Positions 40,951-54,024 of a stretch of DNA of 64,000 nucleotides are shown here, in pieces. The stretch comes from the human T2T-CHM13v2.0 reference genome, Homo sapiens. Numbering within the stretch: position 1 is the stretch's first letter; the number at the start of each line of letters is the position of its first letter. Under the pieces are notes generated by a model. That model ran no database searches. It saw nothing but the letters and a program-made list of their open reading frames with translations, and had not been told where the DNA came from. Both the position numbers and the translations under genes were made by a program. The stretch is from the NCBI RefSeq assembly GCF_009914755.1, contig NC_060926.1, one strand, 5' to 3'.

Positions 40951-41854
40951 TCACTTTAGTATATAATCTATCAAGAAGGTAAAAAGTAAAAATAATAATA
41001 ATAATAAGGCAAAATACTCCTTACTGTTGATCTTACCGAACTACACCATATATGCAGCCATCCTCTCTGCCTACATGGAGAAGTGATTCTACTACAGAAG
41101 CTCGGGTAAGCTCCATTTTGTCATGCTGCAGACTGGATGACCTCTTGAGTTTCTGTGCATCTCGTAGAACATCTGATAGCATGCCAGGCGGGCAGTATTG
41201 ATTACATTATTACAGGATAACAAGCAGATCCATCGAGCAAGCGCCAGAGCTAATTAGGCCTGGTTTGCTATAGATTCAAGTTTTCTGGATAAGCAACTTG
41301 TGAATTGAATTAAACCAAGACGTGTGACATTTCTGGCTCCCATCTCTGGCTTCCTTGAGTCCTGAGAGTTGGCATGTTCTTTGAGATCCTTCTCTGGGAA
41401 TTCTGGGTCATGAGCCAAAGAGCTGAAATGCCCAGTACCCATTACAATGACCTTTCCTGCTAACACAAGGAAGGAGGGGCAATAGTAGGGAAGAGACAGT
41501 GGGAGAAGGAAATTAATATTGATTGGATGCCAATCATGTGCTAGGCACTACGTTAGGTATTTAATATCTTTTATCTTTATGTACCATATGTAGTCATGTT
41601 TATGACACCCTTTTACATGGTAAGTTGCAACACTGGTATTTCTAAATTAGCCCTTGATCTTGTCAAATGAGTCTACTTTTGTCAAATGTGGAGGGGGGCT
41701 CAGAGTGTCTTTTAGCTGGGCTTTAGACAGGTCTGTCAATCTGGCAAGTTAGACCTGCCAGGAGCCCCTTTTTAGGCAAAGACTTTCAGAAACTTTCTAG
41801 AAAAGAATTCATGCTAAAGGGGTTGAGGCAGAACAGGCACGTGTTTGTTGAATA

Positions 41855-42335
41855 ACTAGTAGCCATGCCCACCTCTTTCTTGCTAAAAGAACCCAGATAT
41901 TAGTAGGGGTGTCAATATGCCTACCTGAAAATGTTTTCCCAGCCTTCCTTGAAAGTAGGAGTGGTCACCTCACTGAGTTCTGGCCAATAAGACATGAACA
42001 GAAATCTGTGGAGATTCTGGGAAAACATCCATTTTCCCAAGTGAAAGGGGAGAGATGGAAATGGTATAACCATCTCTTCTCCATCTTGCTTCTGCCTTAC
42101 ATATGGATACAATGTCTGGAGAAGCAGCAGCCACTTTGTGACTATGAGGCAGCAGTATGATGGAGGAAGAGCAAGCATGACCAAAGGGATGGCAGAGGAG
42201 TTGACCTGATATTATTGCTTCCCTCATTGGCACCAACACCTACCTACAGACTCCTCTGTATATGGCAAAATTAAATCCTTATTGGTTTAAGCTCCTATTA
42301 CTGGGTTTTTCTATCAGACAATCCCAAGAAAGAAA
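41855..42335 (+). mobile_element. MLT1I/J-like MaLR LTR
   Basis: ttcttgctaaaagaacccagat...ttcccagccttccttg...gttctggccaataaga...gcagcagccactttgtgactatgagg...gtttaagctcct. Confidence 0.78.
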
Positions 42336-43384
42336 CATCAGACAGTAATGGTGGCAGAAATAAGCTTTTGGGGGAGCACATGTAAGACATTATTAGTCTG
42401 ATGTCTTGTATCAGAAGATAGAAGCTAAAGACTATGCTGTCTGGTTTGTCTATTAATATGACCCCATTCTTCCTCCCAGGCCAGTAAGGACAATGAATGA
42501 GACCATCATCCAATTACAGAGTGCCTGCCATGTGCAGGGTAGCCAGTGGGCTAGCTGACTGTAAGGGAATCAAAGATTAGAAGGCATAGCAGCCCCCCAA
42601 AAGTTTATAAATATATTTATCCAAAAATAGCTAATAATGCAAAGCAAAACATTTGGAGAACTGGTAATAGTTACACAGAAAAAAGAAACACTAATGAAGG
42701 CTGAGCATGTCAAGGAAGAATCCATGAAGAAAGAATGAATAGTCCGAGTCTGATAAAAGTCAAAAGAATACCCCTCTACAAATCAAAATTTTTCTCTTGC
42801 AGTTTCTACTGTCCCAATACTTCCAAGCCAAGAGTGCAAAGGCCATGTTTGACTTTCCAAAATTTACCTGCCCCTCAGGGCTAACCCAGCAGGGGCAGGT
42901 GGGAGCCCTCCACGTGGGATCTGCAAAGACAGAGCTAATGGCCTGGGTGGGCTGAGACCGTCCCCACCGCCCCCTCTCCCTGCCCCGTGAGGTACAAAGG
43001 CCCCGAAGGTCACACAGGGAACATACAGAGCCAGTTCACAGGCCTCCTGCTCTCCTCTGATGCGATAAAAAAAAAAAAAAAAAAAAAAACTGGTCACGGG
43101 AGGAGAAAGGTGGGCCTCAACTCAAAGGGCACATAGGGCCAAGAGGAGGATGCTTTGTTTACTTAAGATGGAGAAGATGCGGGCATGCTCACTGCCAAGG
43201 AAAATGTGCTGATTCCAGAGGCAGACAAGTCCACACAAGAGGGAGAATTGATTGGAGGAGGATCCCTGAGGAGGCTGGAAGGTGCAGCCAGCAGCCTAGA
43301 GAAGGTCTGGCTTCAGACTAAGGAGGGGATGTCTGAGTAACTCCCTTGGAACAGGAAAGCAGCTCAGGTTGGCCCAGTCAGAGC

Positions 43385-43545
43385 CTCAGTGGTCAAGAGC
43401 AGGGGTTCTGGAGGCCAAAATTGCTGGGCTCAAATCCCTGGTCACCACTTCTAAACTAGGTGACCTTGGGCTCTGTTTTTTCATTCAGAAGGTAAAAATT
43501 CTATACTTCCATCGTGAATTGTCTTAAGTACTATAGAAAGCTTAG
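43385..43545 (+). mobile_element. MIR
   Basis: agtggtcaagagcaggggttctggagg...gggctcaaatccc...gtgaccttggg. Confidence 0.75.
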
Positions 43546-43599
43546 CCTGATAGCAAGAGTCTAATGTAAACCCTAGACGTGTCTGTTGGGTCCTACTCA

Positions 43600-44316
43600 G
43601 TAGCGATTTAAAAAAAAAAAAAAATGAGGTAGATCTTTACACACACGCATGAAAAGATCTACAAGACAAACTTCTGAGTTTTTTAAACAGGAAATCACAA
43701 AGCGAAACATATATCCACTGTATAATTGTGATGGATCGAAAAGCATGATATACGTATAAATCTTTGAGTTCATCAGGATACAAAAAGAAATCTAATAAGA
43801 CATTCAAGAATGCTAGGGAAACCAACTCATTTTGAAAGCAGATAAACAAAGGATAAAATCAAACATTTGTTCTTCTTCTCTCTATGCAAACTGTACTTTA
43901 AGTAACCAAAGAGTTGGTAAAGGGAAGCATCTTAGAATATTCCATCTAAAAGAGAAGAAATAACAGAATTTGAATATTATCATTTAGCAACCCCCAATAA
44001 CAGGTCTGAACATGAAGCTTCAATAGGTGGCAGCATCACAAAAAGAAAGACGATTAGAAATTAGGCACCAGCTGATGGAAAACACGCCACCTATGAAGGA
44101 ATCCTACCAATAAATCACACCTGAATCTGGTCCCGCCTCTAGAGGTAGGTACCAATTCACAAGGAAAACAAGGACAGAAGATCATGTCAAATAGTAACAC
44201 CAGGGAAATCCAGACTCTGGAAATCTCTTGGAACAGTCTTGTTTCTCAAAAACAAAACCACCTCCCGGCCCACAGCCAGCCAACCAACCAACCAACCAAC
44301 CAACCAACCAACCAAA

Positions 44317-44355
<39 letters not shown>

Positions 44356-44545
44356 ATGCAATGGAAAAGAAGAGGTGCCTAAAGATTAAAAGAGATTTTA
44401 AAAGTTATCCCCTCAATGTGCATAAACCACACATCGATCCTAATTCAAGCAAGCAAATTATTAAAAGAAATAATGAAATACTGGAGAAATTGCAATGCAA
44501 ACTAAATATTGAACATATTTAAGAACGCTTGTTGATTTTTTCAGG
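43600..44545 (+). mobile_element. Old L1 (L1MC4/5 or L1ME) 3' UTR
   Basis: aaaatgaggtagatct...catcacaaaaagaaagac...ccacctatgaag...acctgaatctg...cctctaga. Confidence 0.72.
44274..44357. repeat. Compound STR (CCAA)n(ATAA)n
   Basis: About 9 CCAA units followed by about 11 ATAA units. Confidence 0.95.
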
Positions 44546-44549
44546 TGCC

Positions 44550-44880
44550 TGCCTGTGGTTAGGGTCCCTGGAGGCAGACTCTGAGGTGAGAATTCATGTG
44601 CTAGTGATCTATTAAGGTAGTACCTCTGGAAAAACTGGTAAGAAAGTGAGGGAAAAAGAGAAAATCAGGCAAAGGTGCAATCTGAGGCAAAGTCCCAGCC
44701 TCAGCCTGATCCTACAGGGAGCTCTGCAGTGGAAATTACACTATAGGAATTGGCTCACCTGGAGGCAAAGGAGCTGACCTTTCATAGCCCGGCACCAGTA
44801 CCTGGCTATGGGAGAAAGGTGGGACATGGAGGCACTTCTGGCTTTTGGTGGGTGTTCTACATTGCCTCTAGGGGAGCACA
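44550..44880 (-). mobile_element. LTR33-like ERVL LTR
   Basis: ggttagggtccctggaggcagactctgag...cagcctcagcctgatcctacagggagctctg. Confidence 0.68.
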
Positions 44881-45124
44881 ATCTTAATTTAAATCAGGAA
44901 AAACCAGCAATTTCCCCAAAACCTAGGGCCCTTTATGCAAATCAGCCCCTGGAGCAGGCAAGAAGTGGCCCAAGCTCACCAAAGGATTCTTGCAAATCTG
45001 AGCTAAAAGTGATATTTCTTTGAGTATTTTTATGGAAATCTTTCTAAAATGTTTCACATCACAGAACTAAAGCCAATGAAGAGAGTATATTGAATGCAAT
45101 TTAAGCTCTTCTAAATGACTTAAG

Positions 45125-45320
45125 CTGACCTAAAATATGTTCCATAGAATATAAGTTTCAGAGAAAGCTACAGGAGCTACACAGAGGGGATTCTCTGGTC
45201 AAGTAAGTCTGGAAAAAGAGGACTCATCCTAAGTTAAGCAGGTGCTTTTATGACAGCACTTTTCACAGTTGGAAAATGGATACTGTAGATCTCCAGGAAG
45301 CAGGTTTCCCAAACCAATAA
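45125..45320. mobile_element. hAT-Charlie fragment (MER112/113-like)
   Basis: atgttccatagaatataagttt...tggtcaagtaagtctggaaaa...ttaagcagg. Confidence 0.45.
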
Positions 45321-45417
45321 TGGATGTCACTGACTCTAAGATGCAAATTGATTTTGCCATTTTAGCATCTCTGAAATCCAGATGCATCTTATAATACATC
45401 TGATGAGTCAGAGATAG

Positions 45418-45710
45418 GGCCAGATGTAGTGGCTCACACTTGTAATTCCAACACTTTGGGAAGCCAAGGTGGGAGGATCACTTGAATCCAGGAGTTTAAG
45501 GCCAGCCTAGGCAACATAGTGAGACCATGTCTCTGTAATTTTTTTTTAATTAACCAGGCACTGCAGTGTGCACTTGTCATCTCTGCTATTCAGGAGGCTG
45601 AGGCATGAGCCCAGGAGTTTGAGGCTACAGTGAGCTATGGTTTCACCACTGTACTCTAGCCGGAGTGTCAGAGCAAGATCCTGTCTCTAAAAAACAAAAT
45701 AAAATAAAAA
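45418..45710 (+). mobile_element. AluJ
   Basis: J-type diagnostics ggcaacatagtgagacc and gaggctacagtgagctatg. Confidence 0.92.
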
Positions 45711-47629
45711 TTAGAAATGCAGCAACTGCAAAACTTCAAAATTTCATGCCTTGAGTCCAAGTCCATTCTAAGCAAGTTCAGTACAAACAGAAAGGGAACT
45801 GAAACTGAAGGCCTGACATGTGCCCCACATCAGGCTTGGTTTTCAGAGTGGCTTCCACTAGATTCAGAGGGGCTATTCTCCCCTCCATAAGAAACTTGAA
45901 GTTCGTGTGATCTACTGGTGCCAGATGTGGAGAGAGAACCTAAGCTCCATGCCCACCTTAGTCCAGCACACAATCACCTCCCTAGGAAACATGCTTCTCC
46001 TGCCCAGCGCTGCTGCTGGAACGCACGCCTCAGCCTTCACGCATAGCCCACCAGTGGCCACAGGCAGCCTCTCGGCTGGGCCCGTGTAGTTTATGACTTA
46101 GTGAAGCTATCCAGTGACCGTGACTTCTGCTGCCTGCCAAATGTCCCTTTTCCTTCTGGATACCTTTTGTCCTGCTATACAGCTCATTGATTTTCGACTG
46201 CTGCAGGCTGAGTCACACACCCAAGTCTGCTAGGATACTGTGAATAAGTTCTCAGGCAAAGCCTGAGGTCATTCTCAGAGTCCTAGACTTGCTTGGGTCT
46301 CACAGTGTGACCAGTGGGGAGGCAGAGGCAGGAGTGCTGGGGCTGGGGCCAGGAGATCCGATCTCACTTTCAGGCTGGACCCTGAGGGGTGTCTATGTGT
46401 AGTCACCCAAAGCGGTATTATGAAGTTGGTCTTCATTCAGGCAGATGCTCCTGCGTAGGGTGCTCCTGTCCAGGGGTGGGGCTCAGTGGTAAGAAAATCC
46501 AGGCAATAGGGGATTCCCCAGGTCTTTCTGCGAAGTGCAGCAGAGTGCGAGTGGTCACGAGCTCAGCATCCACCCATAGCTGGAGAACCAGGGAGAATAG
46601 GAGGAGGAACCTCCAGCAGAGCAGGGACAGAGAATAGCCCCTAAAGGGTGCTAGGGGCTAAACAGCAGAGGCCACATCTTGTGTGTTGGGTCTGCTCAGC
46701 TGTTGCTCAGTAAGAAGCACACAAGTTTTAGGGTCTCTTCCATATGCAGGTGGAAATCCTAAAGGCCCACAGAGCCAAGCTAGTCCCCAGGGCATCAGGA
46801 GGAGGTCAGGTGACAGGAAGTAGCTGGAAGTATGAGCCCAGCTCCCAACACTCATGCCCAAGGCTTGCCAAACAAATTTTGAAAAGTACTCTGTTGGCCA
46901 AACACAATGGCTCTGGGAGTCAGCATCACCTAAGGCTGGCAGATTACAGATATGAGGACCCTAGGACACACCCTGAGGTGGCACAGGGGTGAGCCGCAGC
47001 CCTCGCTCAGGCTGTCCTCTGCTCCAGTGGGAGCCAGCCCGAGGCTGACTGCAGTCCTCCAGGAACAGGGCCTCTCCTCTGCTCGGGGCTGGCCTGGCAC
47101 ATGCACCCTACAGCATCCCCCCAGTGAGGAGTGTGATGACTGAGAGCTGTGCATCCCCAGCTTTCCCATCAGCCAGATGCCCATTCCTCATCCGGATGCT
47201 CAGCCAGAGGCTGCCTGAGACTCTCTGATCTGGATTTTAGTGTCGAGTTTCACTGGGGAATTGTCTCCCCTGAGATGATCCTGGAGTTGAAATGACAAGG
47301 AGGGAGATAGGATGAGACAGATGTTTGATTGAGTCATTTGACCCTCATCCAACTGGCAGAACTCCCTTCAAAGAAACCCTGTGTTAACTCTCTTTTCTGC
47401 CCTTCTGCTCCAATGAAAGGAAGCACACAGACATCTATCTCCATTCACTCCTCCATCCAGGGCCAGGCAGATGGACCATCCTCATGTGCACTGCACAGAG
47501 CCTCTACTGCAGCCGGCTCCCTGCTCACACTTCCTGTGTGGCTGTAACACTCCCAGTAGCAAGGGCCTACCAGGCACATGGCATACATACTGCGCCTGCA
47601 CTCACCTGTTACGTTAGGAAACAAACGTG

Positions 47630-47810
47630 GGTTACCACACACCAGGCACCGGTCTAAGTACATTATAAATATTAATGCATTTAATCCTCACCGTAATTCT
47701 CCAAGGCAGGGACTATGATTACCCCCATTTTACAAAAAAAGGAAACTGAGGCATAGAGAGGTAAAGTAATTTGCCCAAATTTCCTTAGAAGCCAAATCTT
47801 AACATGCTGT
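47630..47810 (-). mobile_element. MIR
   Basis: catttaatcctcac...ccccattttac...ggaaactgaggcatagagaggtaaagtaatttgccca. Confidence 0.85.
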
Positions 47811-48084
47811 GACTCCTCATGGATGATCAACGAAATTGAAATCTTACAGACTGTGCATGTGAAAGAGGGAACTCACATGTGGGGTGCATATAACTACTTC
47901 CACGTTACTATAAGCAGAGCTAAGGTTGTGTGTAGAGCTTCTCATGGTAGGCAATGCTCAAAGGGATCGCACGTCTTTCCATGGGGTCTTGCCTATTTCA
48001 TGAGAGGTCTGTAAGCCTTGAGTAGGAGTTTGCTTAAGGCAAGAGGCAGACCAGGTGACATCTTGAGGACTGTTTGAAAGGCTA

Positions 48085-48290
48085 TTTATTGAAAATACTC
48101 TTTGTGCCAAGCACCCTCGTAAGCACTTTCCTTGTAGTACTTCATGTAAACTTCTCAAGAACCCAGCGAGACAAGCTTTTATTATGCCCATTTTAAAGCT
48201 AAGGAAACTGAGACTCGCAGGGGTCACATGACTTGTCCAGGGTCCCATCAACATGGTCCATCTGACTGAAGACTCCACGCTCCCAGCCCT
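48085..48290 (-). mobile_element. MIR
   Basis: tgtgccaagcac...cccattttaaagctaaggaaactgagactc...gacttgtccagggtc. Confidence 0.8.
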
Positions 48291-48339
48291 TTGTGTTGAC
48301 AGTGAGATGGTGAAGGAGAGGGATTTATTGCCCTTGTTG

Positions 48340-48925
48340 GCAAACATTAAATTCACTTATCAAACTGGTCAAGATGAAAAATAATAACAATTCTCAATTG
48401 TTTGAAAAAGTTTGAAGAAATAGTTACTCAAATCCTTCTTGGGAGAGTATAAAGTGGCGCACATTTTCTGGAGTGCAATTCAACATAAAAGCCCTTAAAA
48501 AGTGACTCCGTTTTAATTCTGTAATCTCATTTCTAGGCATTTTGCCTAAGAATATAATTGGACAATTATACGAACATATGTGCAAAGCCATTTGTTATAG
48601 ATGTTATTTCAACAGCAAAAATCTAGGAAAAGCAACCAACAATAGGTGTTTGGTTAAACCATGTAAAGGGTGACAAAATGCTTACACAGCCATAGAAAAT
48701 GGTGCTATAAACCAATTTACTGACAAGGAATGACACACATTTTTTTTTCCACTGAAATGTGCAGGTTACAGGCCAAAAATAAGCTTTCTCATTAAAAAAA
48801 AAAAAAAAAAAAAAATCCTGGAAAACAACCTACCCAAAAATGCTAGTAATGTTTTTTTCTGGTTAGCAATATTTTAAATAATATTTTTTTCTCTTGCTTG
48901 GCTATATTTTCTGCTACAAAAATAA
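48340..48925 (+). mobile_element. L1ME-like fragment
   Basis: gggagagtataaagtggcgcacattttctggag...catttctaggcattttgcctaag. Confidence 0.65.
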
Positions 48926-48929
48926 TAAT

Positions 48930-49182
48930 GGGTGGATCACCTGAGGTCAGGAGTTCAAGACCAGCCTGGCCAACATGTTGAAACCCCCTCTCTACAAAAA
49001 TACAAAAATTAGCCTGGCATGAGCGTGGTTGACTGTAGTCCCAGTTACTCAGGAGACTGAGGTGGGAAAGTTGTTTGAACCCGGGAGGCCTCAGAGGTTG
49101 CAGGGAGCCGAGATCGTGCCATTATACTCCAGCCTGGGTGACAGGGCAAGACTACATCTCAAAAAGAAAAAAAGAAAGAAAG
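48930..49182 (+). mobile_element. 5'-truncated AluS with TSD
   Basis: Begins at gggtggatcacctgagg and so lacks the A box; TSD aaaaataataat / aaaaacaataat. Confidence 0.92.
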
Positions 49183-49779
49183 AAAAACAATAATTGTGCA
49201 GTTTTCTGAAAAATAAAATGTGTATTTTAAATGGGCCCTTGAGCATAGAAGGAGAAAATTGCTGACATGGTCTTAAGGAGTAAATAGCAGGGCTGTATGG
49301 CCTGAGTAGCACCAGGAAATCCCCTACCCCACACGAGCTAATTGCCACCAAGACGCCTCCTGGCTTGTAAGTCAAGTTCTGTGGATAATGGATAAGACTT
49401 AACAAAAAAAAGACAAATTTACCCAGAAATCATGAAATTCTTAATATTTAACTAATCGTGAAACCAAATATAGCAAAAATAATTTGAGAGGTCTGTTGGG
49501 AGGCCCAGCCAACAGGGAGGGGGATCAGAGACAATGTCACCTGCAGAGTCTCAGGTCAAAGAACCAGTGCCCACCACGAGCAGACCAGTGGGAATCATCC
49601 TGCCTTCACCAGTCAGCCTGGGTTCTTAGGTGGCATCGGCACCTGTGAGGGGCCACAGCCCCACCCCAACCCCTTGGGAGCTCTGGGCTCTTGGCAGCTG
49701 ACAGTGCTCACCTGGGGTGCCTGGGGGGGTTAAACTCCAAGAATGCCAAGATCCCAGGGAGCTTCCGGAGAAAGAGTTC

Positions 49780-49975
49780 ATTTCATATATTGCCAGCAGA
49801 AATGTGAATGGTGGCAGCTTTTTTGCAAAGCTTTCTGCAAATATCTATCAAAATTAATGGCATCTGTGTCCCCCAGCCCAGCCGTTTTACTCTTGGAATC
49901 CTTCCCATAGAAATAACAGCACCAGCACAGGAACGTGCATCCCAGTGGGTTGGGTGCAACATTTAAAGTGTGTAC
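49780..49975 (+). mobile_element. L1ME fragment
   Basis: atgtgaatggtggcagctttttt...caaatatctatcaaaatt...tactcttggaatc. Confidence 0.55.
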
Positions 49976-50211
49976 AACAGCCATATTCCTAATTTCTAGA
50001 TGTTTCGGGCCTTGGGATATCTGTAACAGTTAAAAAAAAAAAAAAAAAACTTGGAGGAGGGATGGTCATTCCAAGTTAGAAGTCAGGAAGGGCAGGAGGT
50101 CTACACATACAAGACAGGAAGCTTGGTGAACTGTGGGTTCAAGGAGCATGGTCCAAGCTAGGGGGAGGAGGGTTGGTCTTTTAAAATGCACCCAGATTTG
50201 TTTTAATCTGG

Positions 50212-51016
50212 TGTGATAAGACACAACATATGGAAATAGCTGTCATGCAAGGAGAAATGTGTGTGTTCACAGATCCCCAGACAAAAGAGGCCCGGCACAA
50301 CACACCACGCAGGGCCACATGAGAAGAACCAGCGTTGGTCAGGCGCAGAGGGAGCAAGGGGAAAACACGAGCACAAGCCCATATTGTGGTTTGCATGAGA
50401 AGGGACAGGTGAGGCAGCATGAATAGGCTGAGGATTGATTAGGTTAAATCATTTGGGGAGGCTCTGGGTTATAAGGGCTGTCCCAAGTCATCTAGTACCC
50501 GGCCCTGGAGTGATTATCGGTCCAGAGTGTAAGAGCCTGATAGAGAAGGCATGGGATACGGTCTCTGGATCGATTGTTTTGCCTATGAAAGGCACACTTG
50601 CAGAAGAGTTCCTTACTTTCTCTAGGAACTGGCTAGCTGGTAGGGAAATCTCTCCAGTGTCAGCAAGGCCCAGATGTCAAAACATTCAAATCAAAAGACA
50701 TGTTTTTTTTTCTTTTTTGGAGACCGGGTCTCACTTTGTCGCAGAGGCAGGAGTGCAGTGGCACAATCATGGCTCAGTGCAGCTTTGAACTCCCAGGCTC
50801 AAGCTGTCCTCTCATCTCAGCTTCCAGGGTAGCTGGGACTACAGGTATGCACCACTATACCTAGCTAATTTATTTTAAGAGACAGGGGGTTTCACTATGT
50901 TGCCCAGGTGGGTCTTGAACTCCTGGTCTCAAGTAATTCTTTCACCTTGGCCTCCCAAAGTGCTAGGATTACAGGTGTGAGCCACCACACCCTGCCTAAA
51001 AGATATGCTTAATACA
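50212..51016 (-). mobile_element. MER74/MER76-like ERVL LTR, interrupted by an AluJ
   Basis: Reverse strand reads tgtattaagcat...tttgacatctgggccttgctgac...gctagccagttcctagaga...cagggccgggtactaga. Confidence 0.75.
50702..50996 (-). mobile_element. AluJ
   Basis: Antisense Alu; TSD aaaagacatgttt / aaaagatatgctt. Confidence 0.92.
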
Positions 51017-52589
51017 GTTGGCCAGGCCCCAGGCATTCAGTGGGTTCAGATGTCCCCAGCTAGGTCCAGAGAACCAGGTTGGCCAACCAATCAGCTTGCA
51101 GAGAATCATGACAAGGTCCCATCCAACAGGGAGGGCCAACTCTGCAAGGGGAGAGGAAAGCAGGAGTGAGGCTGGCTGACTTCTGAAGCATCGAATCGTG
51201 CATTGGAAACTCAGCAGCACACAGAAGAGACTCAGACTTCTGGGACCTTAACTTTAGGATTTGGGATTGTGAACTCATTCCAAGGCCCAACATGCCTAAC
51301 AGAGGCCCAGTGGGACGTGATACCATTTTCTCTGAGGATTATATTTCTTTCTGGGTTTATCCTGCAAATAGAAACTGGAGTCTGATGAGTAACTGAGGCC
51401 CACATGGGAATAAAAGAAGCCAATAAGAGAGAGAGATACTTTTTCTTGCCCTTGTGCCAAAAGTAAATTCCAAAGACTTGGGTGGCCTCTGAGACTCAGG
51501 GGTGGGTCAGGAAATGAAGCATGCTCTGAAGCGGAAGCCTGACTCCCAGTGACGTGTACACATATGAAGAAGGAATGGATCATTGCTTCCAGCCAAACAC
51601 CACTCACCTGCACTGCTCCCACCACATCTAGCTAGACCAGGCCTCCCTGGTGGGTAGAACTACCTCCATCAACTCCAATTATTCCTTCAACAGTAGAAAT
51701 TAATATCGCTCAGATTTTAAAGGAAGGGAAACCAGACCAAGAGACACTCTATTCATGCCACTAGGTTGGGAACTTAATTGAGAGAAGGAATGTGTCTTCA
51801 TCTCAGCCAAAAGCTGGATCTTCCTGAAAAGCACTTACAATACTTACATAGAAACAGATATTGATCTGGCTCTGTTATGTAACTGACATTTGTGAGGGTC
51901 AGGAAAAGAATGGGAATGGCTCCTTTGGGACAACAATAGCCTATTTAATGTGCACAAAAAATCTCTTATCTTCCAGGGCCATACATCTGCACACTGTCTC
52001 CATCTGCCATCCAACCTGGCCACTCAAATTGTTCCACTTAGCATGGAGAGTCCCTGGGGAGAGTCCCAGGACACAGTCCGAGGCAACACCTGGGTCCCCT
52101 CAGCCACTGATAAGTCCTTTGTATCTCTGGATGTTTCCTGAAAAGGCTGGATGCTTCCAGTTCAGAATCCCCGCCCCCACTCCCATCTAAGGAGATGTCA
52201 TATAATTCCAGGTGAGCTGCTGTTGCCCAAATGTGTCTGTGCTGAGACTTCACTGCCTTCCTGCCCCTTCCTGCCACCTCACCCTGCTGGATACTCCATG
52301 CCCACCACTTGCTTATCAGAAGACCTATTTTCTCCATATGTCCCCAGTCCACACCTCTTGCCATAAAATGGCACAAATATGTAGCCCCAGCCCATTATTG
52401 CCCAACAGAATGTGCTAATCCCCACCAACCAGACCCTCCCTTCTCAAAGAGAACAAAGGAACAGAGACACGGTCCCCAATGAGCGGGAATAATGTGCCCA
52501 CCTAGAAGACAGAGCCCAGTTCTGCGGTTCTCCCTTCTCCTTCCCCAGGTATTGAGAAAGCTGCTGGAACAGAAAGCATTTGGTGCTCA

Positions 52590-52742
52590 GACTCTAAGCA
52601 ACTCACAAATCCCCTGGGGATTATGTTAAAATGCAGATTCTGATGCAGTGGGTCTGGAGTGAGGCCCAAAATGATGCAAGTCCAACAAGCTCCCTGATGT
52701 TGCTGATGTTGCCAGTCCAGGGACCACACTTTGAGTAGCAAG
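52590..52742. mobile_element. MER5A hAT MITE
   Basis: gttaaaatgcagattctgat...ggtctggagtgaggccc...aacaagctccc...ggaccacactttgagtagca. Confidence 0.85.
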
Positions 52743-53039
52743 GGCATAGAGAACATACCATTCTCGGCTTCAAATGCACACATGCACACACAGACATGCA
52801 AGCACAAACAACAGCAGCTTAAAATGGGACACTAAAAATGGCCTGTTTGTCTGTTTCTGAATTAGACTGCTTTGAAGATTGTTAAGTTCTCCACATGGCA
52901 TCAAGCTGCACGCTGCTGTCATTTTGATAACATTTATAAACACATGTTTAAAAAAAAAAAGTCTTTATCCTCATATTCAATTCAAAACACTTTTGACAGG
53001 GAGCAATGGAAACACCTAAGGGAAGGAGCATTCACTTTG

Positions 53040-53240
53040 GGCCACTAGGGAACTCCCCAGTGACTCAAGGCCTCAGGTGAAAGTGCTGATTTATGGATGT
53101 GGAATTGAACCTGAAGGGGCTCCAGAATAAGGGGAGGTGGCTGACATCACCCGGCAGCTCCGGAAAGCCCCGCGTCAGGCTGACAGCAGGCCCTGCCTTG
53201 TGCCCATGCAGTCGACTGCCCCCAGCAAACTCGCAGGGAG
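53040..53240. promoter_or_regulatory. Candidate enhancer (kB, AP-1, PBX-HOX and ETS-like motifs)
   Basis: GGGAACTCCC 53048-53057, TGACTCA 53061-53067, TGATTTATGG ~53087, CCGGAAA ~53160, local CpG retention. Confidence 0.35.
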
Positions 53241-54024
53241 GGTGAAGGCCAAGGAGACCACCTGGATTTTGTTGGCAGTGGTTTGGGAGGATACATGTTA
53301 GAGAAATTTGCCAGAAAAAAAGACTGATGTGGAGTTGGGTGTTTGTTTTTTCTTTTTACCCCTGTTTTGCCTTAGGAAGAGAACCAATTGGAGTTAGTAC
53401 TTGTTCACTGTCCTGTGGCTTTTGTAGGCCCTGGACATCCTACTCTTCTTATAGATGAAATACTTAGCTGATGTATGTATGATGACATCGCTGGGGAGAT
53501 GTCACAGAGGGGTCCATGTCCTTACAAAGGCGGGTTGTTTTGTAGCTTCTTTCAAACTATTCAGCAGTCAATCTCTCCATTCGCAGAAGCCAGCCTCACC
53601 TTTAAAGCGTCAAGCCCCTTCCCAAACACCTCTCAAATCGCAAGTCACCTGGATCCTCAGAGGGCTACACGTCTCAGCCTGCCTGCACCACCCCAGAGGT
53701 CCCCAGTGGATGGAGAATGCCTAACTGCTTGCGGTACCCAGATCTCGGCTGAGATTTCTCCCCTCTGTCCTGCAACCTGAGCTGTGTGTGGTTTAGTCTA
53801 ATTCCTTCCGAGTCTGTGCAGCCCTCGCTGGAACCGATTCTAAGCTATCTGGTGCCCTCTGCTGGACAACTGCAATCATGGCCAAAGTCCAGTTTCCCAG
53901 AGTCCCAGGGAAGCAGAGGAAACACCTCCCCAGATTATTTTAATTCTCTCCAATTCCAACCTGCCCCTATTTGCACTAAAAGGATTCCAGGTGTGTTATG
54001 AGGTTTGCATCATGTGGTGAGAAG

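Noticed and set aside
39171-50049. Orphan poly(A) runs (39171, 43067, 43609, 48794, 50033) as retrocopy tails
   Set aside because: No TSDs or upstream mRNA/small-RNA similarity seen; some lie within old L1 A-rich stretches
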